Positions 51,414 through 64,000 of a stretch of 64,000 nt of DNA are shown in pieces. The position numbers were made by a program, and so were the translations under genes. Where the stretch lies: NCBI GenBank assembly GCA_002633005.1, contig NMRA01000591.1:195985-259984 (forward strand). Direction: 5' to 3'. The notes beneath the pieces are model-generated. The model was not told the origin of the DNA and ran no database searches. It saw only the letters and a list, made by a program, of their open reading frames with translations. The DNA is from Phoronis australis. Taxonomy: Eukaryota; Animalia; Phoronida. Positions within the stretch are counted from its first letter, which is position 1; each line of letters starts with the position of its first letter.

Positions 51414-54400
51414 GTAAGCCTGAAAGCACTGAATGCGAAATAAGTCGACTTCGAAATCAACTTGCCTTGATGAGGAAGTTCACGCAAATTTCCATTCATT
51501 TATCCCACTGAAAACCAGAAGCAAAAACATATTGTAGATAAACTGCCCACTGAAACCGATTATTGTGCGCCTGCAGCTGTTTTACCAAAGAAACAATGGA
51601 ACTTCCAACTTCATAAACTTCATAAACATCGTTTGATTCAGACCATTTATCGCTTATACGAAATTGGTTTCAGAACCTATCGAAGAGCTTCAAACTGTTT
51701 AGTTCGTTATACATATAGCTTGGGATCCTGTCAGTCACGTGGCGAAATTTTAGGGTCAACAAAATGAGTAATTCCTTACAAACGCAAAGCTCTCATCTGC
51801 GTAAGGACCACGTCGAAGTAAAAGGACGTACGACTTTGCCATTTTAAAAAGCAGGCACACTAAAGGTCATTTCATGTAATTACTAACGAATTTAAATCAA
51901 ATTGAACATTGGGAATCTTGTAAAGACGTGGTGGAGATCACCACGTTAAGCGGAAGACTGGTAGGTGTGATTCGCCGCCCACTTGTTCTATACACGACAA
52001 AACAGTGGCTTGAGCAAAGAAAAAATGAATTACGTTCAGACTGGTAATTGATTACCTACCTAGCCTAATTACTCTGATTGCAGCACTGGACGATTTATAC
52101 CGTTTGTTTTCTCAGTTGTTTGTGCAAGTCCCCGGGGGTATTACCATCAGGACGTAATACTTGCTCGGGACGTGCCACAGAGATGAAAGAATGTTTCACT
52201 GCCCCATTTTCACGAAAGAGTAAAACTTCCGATTGAATACCCTATTAAAAGATTCAATTTAAGGCTAGGAAATTTTTGTAGTAGAAGTCTAGACTACAAA
52301 TGGTTCTTGTTTAAGTTCATAGACGGAATCAACCCCCATGAAAAACAGACACAAGCACAGTTTGCATGTCAATTTTTGATCTTACGCAGGTACACTGTAT
52401 CTTAAACGAAAGACCCTTTACGACAACCAAATTATGTTGTTCTGTTGAAACGCCTGTAGTCAATGTCGTTGGTTTTAAATCAATAATAATGATAATTTTG
52501 TTGACCAAAACTGCGTCCGATCTGACTAAGCTGCATTATTTCGTCTTTTTTGTGAGAATCGCGCTCACAGGCCAAGAAATGAAACAAATCGGTCTTTTAT
52601 GAATCTTTAACGTAGCAATATCAAAGGAATTGAAGAATCATGAAATCCATTCGCAGTATTTAAAGTATCGGGTGAATCAAACTGTAACTTATCAACGACG
52701 CTTTCCTAAGTTCAAACGAATCATTCGTAGTACTGTATGTTCACCTTCAAATATAGCTGGAATCATCAGCGACAAAAGTATGTCAAATGTATGCTTGGCG
52801 TCATCTCTGCCCACGTTCGAAACTCTTTGATCTAAGTATTGTTGCGCCCCCTTGTGACGACATTAACAGCGAATAGGTCAATGGTGAAATATGCGACACG
52901 GTGGCAATGCGTGTAACAATAGAAATGTCATCAAATATATAAGTTCCACTTACGTATATACGTCCTATTTAGACCTAGGACTAGAATAGAATAAGTATCC
53001 ACGTGAAACTGTAAATGCACTCCCTAGTGTCCACGATGACAGAATATGGAGTAAATACACATTCGTATGCAGATGCAATCAATGACGTAACAAGCATGTC
53101 TGAACATTGAGCCGTGTACTGGGCCCTTAAGACTTCTGATTCTCACTCAGTTAACCTCGTCTGTCAAGGCAATAATTGTACTGCCGAAAACGGAACCGTG
53201 CCAGACAAGAAAAAAGACTCCTGTGTTCTCGAAAAAATGCTAGAAAAATGGAATTACTACTCCCAACTATATTATTCTACACCCTTTCTAGCTCTCTAAG
53301 AAGACGGTAGTTATCGTAATCATTGGCCACAGATTCCCTGTTCTGTATTGAAACAAATTTATCAGATCCCATTCACGATATGCCACACATAAAACTGTAG
53401 ATGCACATTTTTACCATGGCAATCACATCGATGACAACGACACAAAAACACTGGGTTACCAGCCATACTTTTATTTATGCAATTCGTGAAGACATTGTGT
53501 TTCCTCTCGAAATTTGGGTCGTGCATTGGGGAGGGTGCGTTTTCTCACTAGGCTCCACCTACATGTACAAGGAACTACCACACCTCCACGGTACATGTAT
53601 GTATACCACCGCTCATAATTGGGAAGTTGACGGCAAAGAATTAAAAAAAAAATATGAGGAACCATCCCACAGCATTACATGTAAATACAAGGTTATGCAT
53701 GAACGCCGTCCCCACAACTACCCTATCGCCATCTAGCGACAAGTTTTATTTCATCATTTCGCCGCTTTAACGGAAAATTATTAATAAAATTCTAGTTTGT
53801 GAGCGGAACTTAGCGTGGGTTCCGCTGCTTTCAGACAAATGATTGCAAAGGCTGTCAGCCTCATCAAGTGGAAGTATAGCTTCCGATTTCTGGCCTGTTT
53901 GAATCATTGATCATAAAAGATGTGCGGGACTTGCAGTTCATTTTCACGACCAGACTCCCCACAAAACTCTTCACGAAACGATTCTTGTTTAATCACATTT
54001 CATACTAAAGAGTACCATTGTGACATAACGTCCTAAAACGTTTTATTTTGGAATTTTGGAACTTAACGGCAAAAGATTACCCTTCTGTTGAACAGCAAAC
54101 ATCTATATAGCATCTATTAATATAATGTACAGTCAGGCAGACCTCATGATATTAAACATTTTGAAAACCTTGTTTGTTCAAAGTTGCAATCATTTTTGAC
54201 AACATGGTATCTATTCCTGTGCTGTTTCAGACTTAATAGCTTAAAGATGGTTGCCATGACGAATTTCAACGAAACGGTTTGTTCTGTGGAGTTAACCTCT
54301 ACACAAGTAACATTTCTTGGCTGTTAAAACGGTGACTGACCCTTTTCATGCAATCTCTTCGAGTCCACCCTATAAATTGAACGATGTGTGTTTATTCCAG

Positions 54401-54609
54401 CTACACATCCTCAGCAAAAACAATTATTGTGAACACTGCATTAATCATTAACACAGATTGCAGCTTTATGTACGTTTACGGACCTATAAGGACTGTTTAA
54501 AACACAACGACATGTCTAAACCAGAATTACATCAACACTATTAAAGACAAGGTCATCATTTGCACTTGATGACTCATCTCTGAAGCACACTCTTTCACTT
54601 TTTCACCAG

Positions 54610-54735
54610 GAAGATGGCACAACTTCAACAGCTGACGAGATAGTTTCAGTGAAGAGTGGTGACGTCAGAATGTCGGCACTCCTGTCTGGGTGGAACTGGA
54701 CAACTTCCGGTGAACTATTAGAATTGACATACAAG
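54610..54735 (+). CDS. SAARP-like protein exon 2
   Basis: Acceptor ttttcaccag|G, donor AAG|gtacag, 126 nt, phase 0-0. EDGTTSTADEIVSVKSGDVRMSALLSGWNWTTSGELLELTYK resembles G.V.FG.E.F.V..GTVKFNI.I.NW.F...GEYLD...K. Confidence 0.82.
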
Positions 54736-54917
54736 GTACAGTAAGTGGTTTCAACAAACATTTGTTTGAACGATCAATGCTAACACTCTTTGTCGAAATC
54801 CAGGTCAGTTATTAAGACATTAAGACGTTCTTTGACGTCACTTTTTCATTGTCATAGTGCCTGAAAGGCAATTCAACCAAAAAATTTTCTGTATAAATAT
54901 ATATTATTAAAAGACGA

Positions 54918-55023
54918 AATCGTTATCCCCCGTAATCTAGAGCCCTAGTGGATATAGGCTCACGCCCCTCTAGCGATAATTGTATAAAACTCACTAGGGT
55001 TCTAGATGAGGGGGATAACGACT
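54918..55023. repeat. Palindromic element, copy 2 of the 48145 family
   Basis: TCGTTATCCCCCGTAATCTAGAGCCCTAGTG...CACTAGGGTTCTAGATGAGGGGGATAACGA. Confidence 0.85.
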
Positions 55024-55863
55024 GGGAACTGAATTTGAACTCCAGTGTAGTATGTATATTTTTGGGACACACCCTGTATCATTTTCCTCAGCAACCAGAA
55101 ACTGGACAACCAACAAGGGATTCTTTAACAGCCACAAAGACCTCACCTTTTCAAAAATTCCATCAAAGAATGACCAAAATAAAATGAACTTTTTCCCGAA
55201 ACTGAACCATAACAGAACAAATCTTGACCTTAGACCCAGCGCAGACGCATGGGCACGAGGTACATGCACGAACTAAGTTGCCCGACTTAAGTGAACCATG
55301 CGTGGAGCTTAGCTGACCAGCGACTAGCTTTAGTTCATCGAATTTCACGTTTTCACACTGAAAATCTCAGCTACAGGTTCTTGAGGCAACTCCCAACTAC
55401 CCGTCAGTGCGCTGGCTCTCTGTGAAACCTTGCTGGTTCACTGTTACTCAAATCATGATGGCTTCATCCTCGGTGTTGCACCTACTCCCGTATGGTTAAC
55501 TTCAGGGCTTTGGTTCGGTTCAAATAAGTTGGCATTCGGAAAATGGAGGAGGGGGGGGGGGGGNGGTGGGGCGATTAGGTGATGGCAATAAGAATAAGGA
55601 GTAGTTTGTGTCTTCCCAATAATTTTTGCCTCCCTACGGCCTCTAATCCTAATCATACCAAGATGTACAAGTAACTTGGTAATGCACTTTAAGTAATATA
55701 TTCACACTCTACGCTTACCAAGGATGATCAGTTAATGTGAAAACAGGATATTTTTAAAATTGATGACACAACAATGACGTACCTCGACGCAGGCCAACAT
55801 ACACTTCAGGGCGCGTCATGCACTCATTGGGACATCCTCTTGTAGAAATATTTTTCCCGAGAC

Positions 55864-56258
55864 CAGGGCCTGGTCTCCAATCTTTTTACTCGAAATATAA
55901 CTCGAAATTAGGTTTGGCATTTTCTACTCTACTTTTGGGCGAACTCAAGATAAGTGTCTATTATTCTATGCTCGAGTACACAATAACTTACGTAGATAAT
56001 GTATTGCCCTTAGTTCACAGTTTGTAAAGCGATAAGTTCGAGTTTGAACTCGAAATTTCGAGTTTTTACTCGAGTTTGTAGCACAAATATAAGGGTCTTC
56101 AAGGGCAAACTTGAACTAGAAACTCCTATGCATAAACTATAATGTATTCGAGCACAGTCTGATAACCAATTATCTTAAGTTCGCACAAAAGGAGCAGAGC
56201 AATTGCCAAAAATAGTTTCGAGTTCGTTTCGAGTACAAAGGTTAGAGACCGAGCCCAG
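55864..56258. mobile_element. Fold-back MITE with about 130-bp inverted arms
   Basis: CAGGGCCTGGTCTCCAATC.TTTTACTCGAAA..AACTCGAAA... is inverted to ...TTTCGAGTTCGTTTCGAGTACAAAGGTTAGAGACCGAGCCCAG; repeated CTCGA(A/G) motifs. Confidence 0.8.
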
Positions 56259-56483
56259 AAAACGGGCGGCTGAATCAAAGGCATTAACAGATACCATGGA
56301 CAGGGAGACAAATCGTTTAGCGAAATTCTATAGGACGGCCGCTGGCGGACATACTTGTTTCATGGACCGTAGTGACGCTAGCGGGTGTGCACCTGACAAA
56401 AAAAATACGACGGTTGTCTCGTGGCTGAGAGATAGTACATTATAATTGTATCTTTACATGTAAATATTATTGTTGATTTCATT

Positions 56484-56749
56484 CATGCGCGCACCCAGCC
56501 TAAAATATAGGTGGTCTCGAGTTTTTCGTTATGTGGACCTTTTACTGAAAAAAAGTCAGCGAGCACTAAAAAGGGGGGCACTAGGTTCACGCCTTCGAAT
56601 TGTGCATCCGTGCCCACTTCTTATGGACTTTGTGCACTTATGTCTCATTTACTCGGATTTTTGTTTCACTGAGGAGAACCTTTATGCCCAATTCGCCAAA
56701 TTGGGGGGTTCGAACGAGCTCCCCAAGCCCCCCTCTCGGTGCGCCCATG
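56484..56749. mobile_element. MITE with CATG(C/G)GCGCACC TIRs
   Basis: CATGCGCGCACC ... GGTGCGCCCATG. Confidence 0.7.
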
Positions 56750-56780
56750 TGATTATGTAATATATATGTATGGACAATTA

Positions 56781-58206
56781 CAGTACAGCCACTGAATTAT
56801 TAGACTCTCTCCGGTGTCTCTCCGGTCTAGCCACCCGTGACCGTAACCAGAGACGGACCGGAGAGTGAGTCGTGAATCAACCGTGACAGCTGACGCGAGC
56901 CTAAGCGTGACTGTACCCGGAGCTTACCGTGAGTTAGGCGTGAGTTTACCTGCATCGCAGATGATAAAGTAATTTATTAAATTACATCAGTAACTAGCAG
57001 GGATGTGTGCATTATCATAGACTTTTGCTCAGGTGAGGTTTAATTTTTTGAAATCGTCACGTGCAGTGAAAGACCAAAATTTCAGTCTCAAATCCTAAGT
57101 CACTTCAGAAAACAGACCCGTGGACTTTACTTTTCACTTATATATAATTATTTGTTTTTCATATACACTAATAAAGAATCTTAACACACGTGTACACGGC
57201 GGAATTATTCAATTGCCTTCACGATATGATGGAGCATAGCATGTCAATTCTGAGCACATTGATCCCAAGTTCCGGCATCATGAGGAGAAAACTGATCACG
57301 CCCATGCATTTGACGAGTCAAACAGATGACCGCTATTATTATTTTAGTGAAGAAGTACCCCGGGGATACTGTGTACTCAGTCGAAACGCATGTACTACGG
57401 GGAGGGGGCTACACATAATTGAACTGCACTACGGATTCAGGACTTTTAAGTCAAAACATTTGCTTGCAGTAAGGGATGGGTTAATGTATGTCAGAAGGGC
57501 GGCCTATTGAAATTTTCTGTACGCCAGTGCGGTGCAAAAATTTACGGAGTGACACGATACATTTACTTCACAAGATGCGTAGGCTATTTTTAGGGCGAAT
57601 TAATTACATCCACCTGTGACAAGTTTCAAGGAGTCCACAGTCATGTAAAGATGACTCTGGGCACAGGGTGGCATTTATTCGTATATACTAACCGTGGTTA
57701 CTGTACATGTTTGTCGTTGATGGGACTGGCTCTTAGTCGTAAATTGAACATGTACATGTACATGTAAGTGTAACACAAGACCAGCTGAAGGAAACGTTTG
57801 TATGAACAACACGTGGAATTACAGAGTTAGTTGGAACCCAAGTATGATAGATGACCGCTTGCAAAGATACTCTATAATATACTATAATGTCTTCAACTTG
57901 ACCGAAACGACAGGCAATCAAGACGTTACATGTAGTTTTACTGATTTGCCCGGTGCCCTACCATGGTTATCACAGCTACCGAAGGCATGAAGAAAGCGTG
58001 AGGTAAACGTGACGGAGGCGCGAAGAAAGCGTAAACGAGGCGTGAGGAAGGCGTTAACTAAACCGGAGGTAAGCGTGAGGACTTCCCGGAGATTAGGCGT
58101 GAGGCGACCGTGACTGATTTCTGTCACGCCTGTGTTCCGGTTGCGCTCCGGTCTGGCCAGGCCTGAGGTAGCCCGGACGAAGTAAAAAAATTCAGTGGCT
58201 CTACTG
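56781..58206. mobile_element. TA-flanked TIR DNA transposon derivative with periodic sub-terminal CGTGA/CCGGA repeats
   Basis: TA|CAGTACAGCCACTGAATT ... AATTCAGTGGCTCTACTG|TA; arrays of CGTGA(G) and CCGGA(G) with about 10-11 bp spacing at about 56810-56945 and 57985-58185. Confidence 0.75.
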
Positions 58207-59334
58207 TACGTCTGATGACGGCGTTGCGTCAAATGATCACATGGATTTACAAGACGAGGCATGATATGATGGCTCCGGTCGGTAAAAAGGCCACTGTGCT
58301 TCTGGGGCCGCATCAGGATGCAGCAACAGCCAAGTGAATTTTCGTGACTTGTGCTTTTTTCGCTCCCCTACTGATAAAGATAAATGATGTACACGACTGA
58401 CTACTTGTACATGTATATATAGGTGTCTTTGACGTCGGCAAGTGTAATCTCGTTAGACCGTTGCGACATCTAGCAGATGTGTGTGCTCCGACGACATACA
58501 CCAGTCGTCGACTACTACAGTCGATTTTATTTTGTCAATATCAAAATTGTAAAGTCTCCTTGTTTGAAATATTGAGAATAAAAAACCTGAGTGGTAGTCC
58601 ACAGGGATTTTTCTGAGAGATTTGTCTCCCTCAGCTCTACCGCTTCTGGCTGAGTTTAGGACAGTCTCGTCCCCAACCCTCAAGATGGTGGTGATCAATT
58701 TAGCCATCAAATAGCTAAGCCAATCAGTGTCGTCTGGAGGCTTGGGGAAAGGTTAATCGGGGAATCATGTCGGGAAAATTGCACCACGGACACCTGTCAG
58801 ATTTATTCAACTTCTGCAGTCAACGCTGCAGCCCAGTAAATCATCGCTGACATTGAAATGTCCAATGCACCCGAGTAAAACGTGAAAAAATTGGACCAGC
58901 AAATAACACGAGAAATTCTGCGGCACGAATATGAGGCCAGAGAACTGCAGCATTGTGGGTCCGAGAAATTCCAGTATCATTTTGTAACCCGGGATCGTTC
59001 TTAGTCCCCAAATTTGACATAGCTCGGTTTGTTTTGGGGAACATTTTCTTCACAAAACAAGATTTTAAAAGCATTTTATCACCTCATACCTTAAGTTATA
59101 CCCACATCGCCGCTATATGATGACCAGTGAGATACGTTGTTGGCAGCAAGGTCAACTTCAAGACATTTTATAGCGACGAAGGGCTCAATTTGTATTTGAT
59201 TGTTGTACAGGTATATGCAACGATCGGCAATAACGACTACTATTTAAAATAAGCATTGTAATTCAAGACTAGCAACTGTACTGAGTAATTTTGAATTTAT
59301 ATGTAATGGACAGTTGTTCCTGCTCTCTCTTCAG

Positions 59335-59484
59335 GTTATCCATCCAAAGGCTGAGAAAATGCTAGTGAAAACATTCTATGAGTTACCCAAAGTGACATCA
59401 GGCATAGATGACGCTGAAAAATTCCCAAGAAAGTTCCTTCTAGAATTTGATACCGTCCAATGGGTGCTAACTATGTCCAGAAAA
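59335..59484 (+). CDS. SAARP-like protein exon 3
   Basis: Acceptor ctctctcttcag|G, donor AAA|gtaagc, 150 nt, phase 0-0. VIHPKAEKMLVKTFYELPKVTSGIDDAEKFPRKFLLEFDTVQWVLTMSRK. Confidence 0.82.
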
Positions 59485-59600
59485 GTAAGCGATAATAGAG
59501 TAATGTTACGCGCACAAAATTGGCTTTGATCTATTAAAGAAAATTTGGCTTGAATGAGAGTCATATTTGTCACGTGACAATCAATGGTTTCCTGTTTTAG

Positions 59601-59707
59601 GTGAACGTGGACGGGAAGTATTATGAGATGTCGCCAGATTACCCAAAGTTGGTCAGGTATAGCGTCTCTGATAACCCGGTGCTGTACATCAAAGTTGCAT
59701 TGCCACG
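59601..59707 (+). CDS. SAARP-like protein exon 4
   Basis: Acceptor cctgttttag|G, donor CG|gtaaga, phase 0-2. VNVDGKYYEMSPDYPKLVRYSVSDNPVLYIKVALPR resembles V..D..Y..MP.GFPK......FR.PK. Confidence 0.85.
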
Positions 59708-61662
59708 GTAAGAGTAATACTCCTACGCGAACCAAGAGAAAAGTGGCGTCTCGGTCTATCTGTGAATGAAAATCACTCAACAAACACCTCTTTAGTGTGG
59801 TTGGTGAGATCGAGAACGAAACTAAGCGTAATTGATCGTCTAACCCAGTTTGTAATTAATCTATCGCAAGCTCTCCCCCTTGTGAAGCCATCAACAACGT
59901 GTTGTTTGTCGGGTAAAATGGCGGCTTGGAAACGCAGCCGAAGTTGTGTCAAAAATGTTGCGTTCTGATTGGTCAGTGAACCGTCAATCAAAATCCTGGC
60001 GATAGGTCATGAGCATGCGAAACTTACCGACAGACTGTAAAACATAATTCAAATTTCCATCCATAGAGGTTAACCTGGCCTGTGAGATTTGTTTGACTAC
60101 TGCAAGAGCCATGATGATCACAAGCAATTTATAGAATGCACTGCATTTTAAAAATCCGTTGTTTACGCTATAATCTTTGTCACGCCACCTAGCGACCACG
60201 CGCTTTTGCCGCTTGTTCGAAAAAATTATTCGTACGATCATCTCAACGTTGGGAGATCAGAGGAGGGTGCTATATTTTAACCATTCTAAAAAGGGATTGG
60301 TAAAACGGGCGATATTTCTAGAATGTGTGTTCTCGAAGTAAGTTTATGAATAAATGATCTGAGCGGAACTTTAGGCACTGACTTACATGTATACACTGTA
60401 CGGAAATGACCGAGCACGACAGAAACCGCCATAGACTCAGGTTCTTGTTTGTTCCTATAGGGCCAAGATTTCGGAAATGTATTAGTGTTAGATATCGACA
60501 GAAAGACCTAACTCTTGCAAAATAATTTGTTGACTAATCCTGCGCTAGGCAGACAAAAATCAGGTAGGGCCGGGTGTGATAAAACTTTATGTTTTATTGG
60601 GAACTAATGGGGCTTTTTATGATGCTGAAATTCCATTTTTTCGCGCGGCAGACAGACGCTAAGAAAGTTCCACAGTGAACTTGTACTGCAAAGAAAATTG
60701 TATCTGTCACTTTGCATAGCTGGTTATTACGCAAATCGTACGCTACTAGTATTTGCACGCAAGTGGACGAGAAAGGGTGCACCGTTTACACCAGAGTATC
60801 CAGCAAAGCACTCGGTACACCAAAGGTTTCATGGTGCCATCAAGGATTGAAGTGAGGTAGTCGCTATTCATAAGCGTCTCTGGACTCGCTGGATGAGATA
60901 TTTGTGGTCGCACGAGTTGCAAAGTAAAAATATAACAATAAGTTAGGCAAAAGACAAACACGACTTTTTAAATTTGAAAAGTAAACAGTAGACGTTTTTG
61001 AATTTCTAAAATCAATTCATTAAAAGAGAAAATACCAAATACATGTAGCTTTACTTCAATACAACTGCTAACTCAGGAGTATTAAACTGTGTTCTCGTTT
61101 AAAATACACGACAGTATGTCACGTAATCTCAGGAAGTCTTCTTTTGAGCAAGGTCTTAGCATTGTTGAACGGGAGGCTGGTTTTGCGTTTGGTAATAAAA
61201 CTCACAACTTCAGTTTTCTGAGGTAACATTTAAGTGTGAGACATTTTCTAACTTTTACATTATACACTATAAAATAAACTTCGAGAATTCTGCAGCAAGA
61301 AAGTTACCAATCTTTTCCAGTTAAACGATACCTTGTTGCTCAGAGTTTAGAATATTTTTGTTAACATTTTTGAGACGCACTGTATTTGAACCTCCATCGA
61401 CATTTATGATACTTTACAGCGGCTCTTAGTTCAATGGCAGGCGAGCTTGGAAATGAAGCGTCTCATTGTCACGGTAGTGCGGATGCTGAGTGCCAAAACG
61501 GAATTCACTAATCATGTGCAAATATTTCTCTACAGCCGATTTCATGTACATAGGCGTAGCTTTCACCAAAAATATTGTATTGATCACCATTATTTATTGA
61601 AAATAATTGTCAATGAGTTATTTAAAGAATGCATCCGTCAATGCAAAACACTATTTTCGTAG

Positions 61663-62272
61663 GTTCCACACATACGCTATGTTCGACCTTACACTTACGC
61701 CCCCTAGTGTAAGTTTGATTATTAAAAGACCAAAGTCACCACTGGAAGGTGTTAGCCCAGTTATCCATTACGATGACTTTCCTCCCGAACCACGCAGCAA
61801 AAAGGCAACGTCAGAGCGCAGTACAACAGATACGTCAATTTTGGCGACAGACAGACACAAAACGACCCCAGATGACAATGACGTACACGTAGAAAGCCTA
61901 ACAATTCGACCAAGCAAAACGACAACCGACCAAAGCACCTCAAGTGAAGTGCCAAACGTTGGTGCAAAGAATGAGACAACGCTTAAAGAGGATAATGCAT
62001 CATCAAGGCGACCGACAAAAGAATTCACGACGCACAACAGCCCATCGGATACGATGACCGATATGTTTTCATCCGTTAGTGAACAACCAAGCAACAGTAT
62101 AACCAGCGACGGAAGCACAGTGTTAAACAATGATGATAGCCGTGCAGTTGAGACGGAAAAGGCTGAGGCGAAGGACGAGGGTTGTGACTACGCATATAAC
62201 GGGGTGCCACATGCTCACGTGAAGTATGTGACTATATCTACAGTGTTATGGCTAGAGATTCTTTTACATTAG
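61663..62272 (+). CDS. SAARP-like protein terminal exon: domain end, Ser/Thr-rich stalk, hydrophobic tail
   Basis: Acceptor tattttcgtag|G matches phase 2. FHTYAMFDLTL, then about 150 aa rich in S/T/D/E/P, ending VTISTVLWLEILLH*. AATAAA at about 62302. Confidence 0.82.
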
Positions 62273-63599
62273 ACGACGGGACAAAGCCTTCTCAAGAAAG
62301 AAATAAAAAATTCCCGACTGCAAGTTCGAAACTAACTTTTTGTTAACAAAAATCGAAATTCTTATGAAAAATAAAATATACGTACATGCAAAGATATATT
62401 TATACTAACGTTCTTTCACTTGATGCGAACCATTCGAACTTGTAAGCTTACACTTTCAACGAAAACAGATTAGAAGACGTCGTATTTATGTTTTAGCATG
62501 CTGCAGTTTCCAATAAAAGTTTTTAATTACATCGTGTGTTCAGAGGTGCATGTGGCTGAAAAACTGCCAATTAGTTTTTATATAGCATGATCGTTGTTCT
62601 GTTTATACTGTTTGTTTACCAGAGTTTATTTGTACACGGCATTGATGATTTGAACCATTTATTCCGATGAAACAATCGGTGACTGCATGTTTTCGCCTTT
62701 GGGCAGTGCTGGTCTCGGTATGTACCGGGTCCATGTCTGAATCCGGCAAAATAATAAATTTGTTTGCAACATTTTCTCAACAATTTCAATAGATTTTGTT
62801 CCTATTTTAATTTTATTAAAGTTAAGGTCCACTGTCAGTTATTTTGACCCTGTTTGCAGGCTGGTACCAGGCACTTCTCCAGTTTCACATTCCTTTAAGC
62901 CGGGGTGAATGAATTATACTTCCGGTTTCGCAGTTAGTTTAAATTGACATTGTGTTCTTCTGGTCGGAATCATGAGTGGCGCGTTCACTTAAACTTTCAT
63001 CGAATACGAATTGTGTATTGGTTATGGGATAGGTGCTGTTTGGTTCCTTATACAGTAACTTCTCCTAACCAATTCATAGGGGTTAAAAACCTGTCAGGGT
63101 AACACAAGGAACAAGTCCCATAATTGACAGCAGTATTTTCTTTTGGGTGAGTACTAGTACAGTGTAGTTGGACTCTCTTGCACAATGCACGAACATTTTG
63201 GTATGTACTTCCTGGCATGTCGTCACTGGGGCTTTCGTGAATTACCCCTCTAAGTGAATACAAGTTATGAGATTGTCAAAGTGGAAACACGTCCAATGCG
63301 CCGCGTTATTTCCCAGAACACCAGCAGGCACCACAGACTGAGCATTACGTTTTTGAGACCCACTACACAGATGGCCAGTCTAGCCCTCAGGTAACTAAAT
63401 CCCTTTGCAGTTGTAATTGAAGCTCGCACATGTTCAGACTTGAAGAACCTCCGAGGCATAATTTGAGGGTACTAATACCCGTAGTTTTTTAATGTGCGGA
63501 TTTACCCAATACATGCAAATTTAAGAAAAATCCCGTGTAATAATGTCAATCTTGTCTATAAGGAGTGTGCAGTAAACACCTTCAACAGGCACAAATTGG

Positions 63600-64000
63600 C
63601 TGCAATCAGAATAAGGCAATCGCAATTAAGACCTGTTCACTAATTTGTCATGGCAGTATTACCGTAATTAAGTCAATTTTGTTACCTAAGCTAGTTCATT
63701 TGCTCCTTGTTTTGCCATCGCCGTCCAGACAATCAATTAAACGCGTTGGATTAATGTTTTAAACGTTGCTTGTCGTTGCAAGACGACAGAATAAAGATAC
63801 CTAAAATCATAAGAACATCTCCACAAAAATATTGTTTGAAAGTTGAGATTTTATTAGTGCTTTTTAAGGTGTGTGTACATAGAAAAAGAAAACTTGATTT
63901 TGGTCTCAGTTGTTAAAACACTTCGCGCCCAAACTCTGAACACTGACAAGAATGAAGAATTTCAATATCGTCCAATGTGGTATAATGACAACATAACTGT
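63600..64000 (+). mobile_element. Tx1/L1-type LINE ORF2 fragment (runs off the window end)
   Basis: GSITVIKSILLPKLVHLLLVLPSP and PMWYNDNI, typical post-RT motifs of Tx1/L1. Confidence 0.7.

Noticed and set aside
57802-57990. ORF with many N-x-S/T sites as an extra exon of the SAARP-like gene
   Set aside because: Lies inside a TIR element, has no convincing splice sites, and exons 54735 and 59335 already join in frame.
63048-63460. Cys-containing minus-strand peptide resembling a piggyBac C-terminal domain
   Set aside because: Multiple stops and incomplete Cys spacing; no TIR or TSD identified.

Overview
AT-rich (roughly 38% GC) eukaryotic genomic DNA, most likely from a marine invertebrate; the taxon cannot be fixed from sequence. 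Two spliced protein-coding genes can be reconstructed on the + strand. (1) A divergent peropsin/retinochrome-like opsin has 4 visible exons at 2754-23953, keeps the K296-equivalent lysine, and its first exon was not located. (2) A protein with a coral SAARP/CARP4-like core domain, a Ser/Thr-rich stalk and a hydrophobic C-terminus has 5 exons at 51125-62272. There is also an orphan signal-peptide/Cys-rich exon at 42818-42961. The rest is a nested collection of decayed transposons. A Gmr1-type Gypsy LTR element with the RT deleted (6146-13469, TSD TGTTT) sits in an opsin intron, and a Penelope-like element with a hammerhead-like motif is inserted in its 3' LTR. An RTE-X-like LINE is interrupted by a TTAA-specific Kolobok-like THAP element. 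Also present are a Hero-type LINE remnant, Tx1/L1 fragments, tRNA-derived SINE heads and many MITEs. TACATGTA is strongly over-represented and in two places is a +CATGTA insertion at a TA, i.e. a probable transposon excision footprint. No prokaryotic-type system (CRISPR, operon) is present. All family assignments come from recalled motifs, not from database searches.
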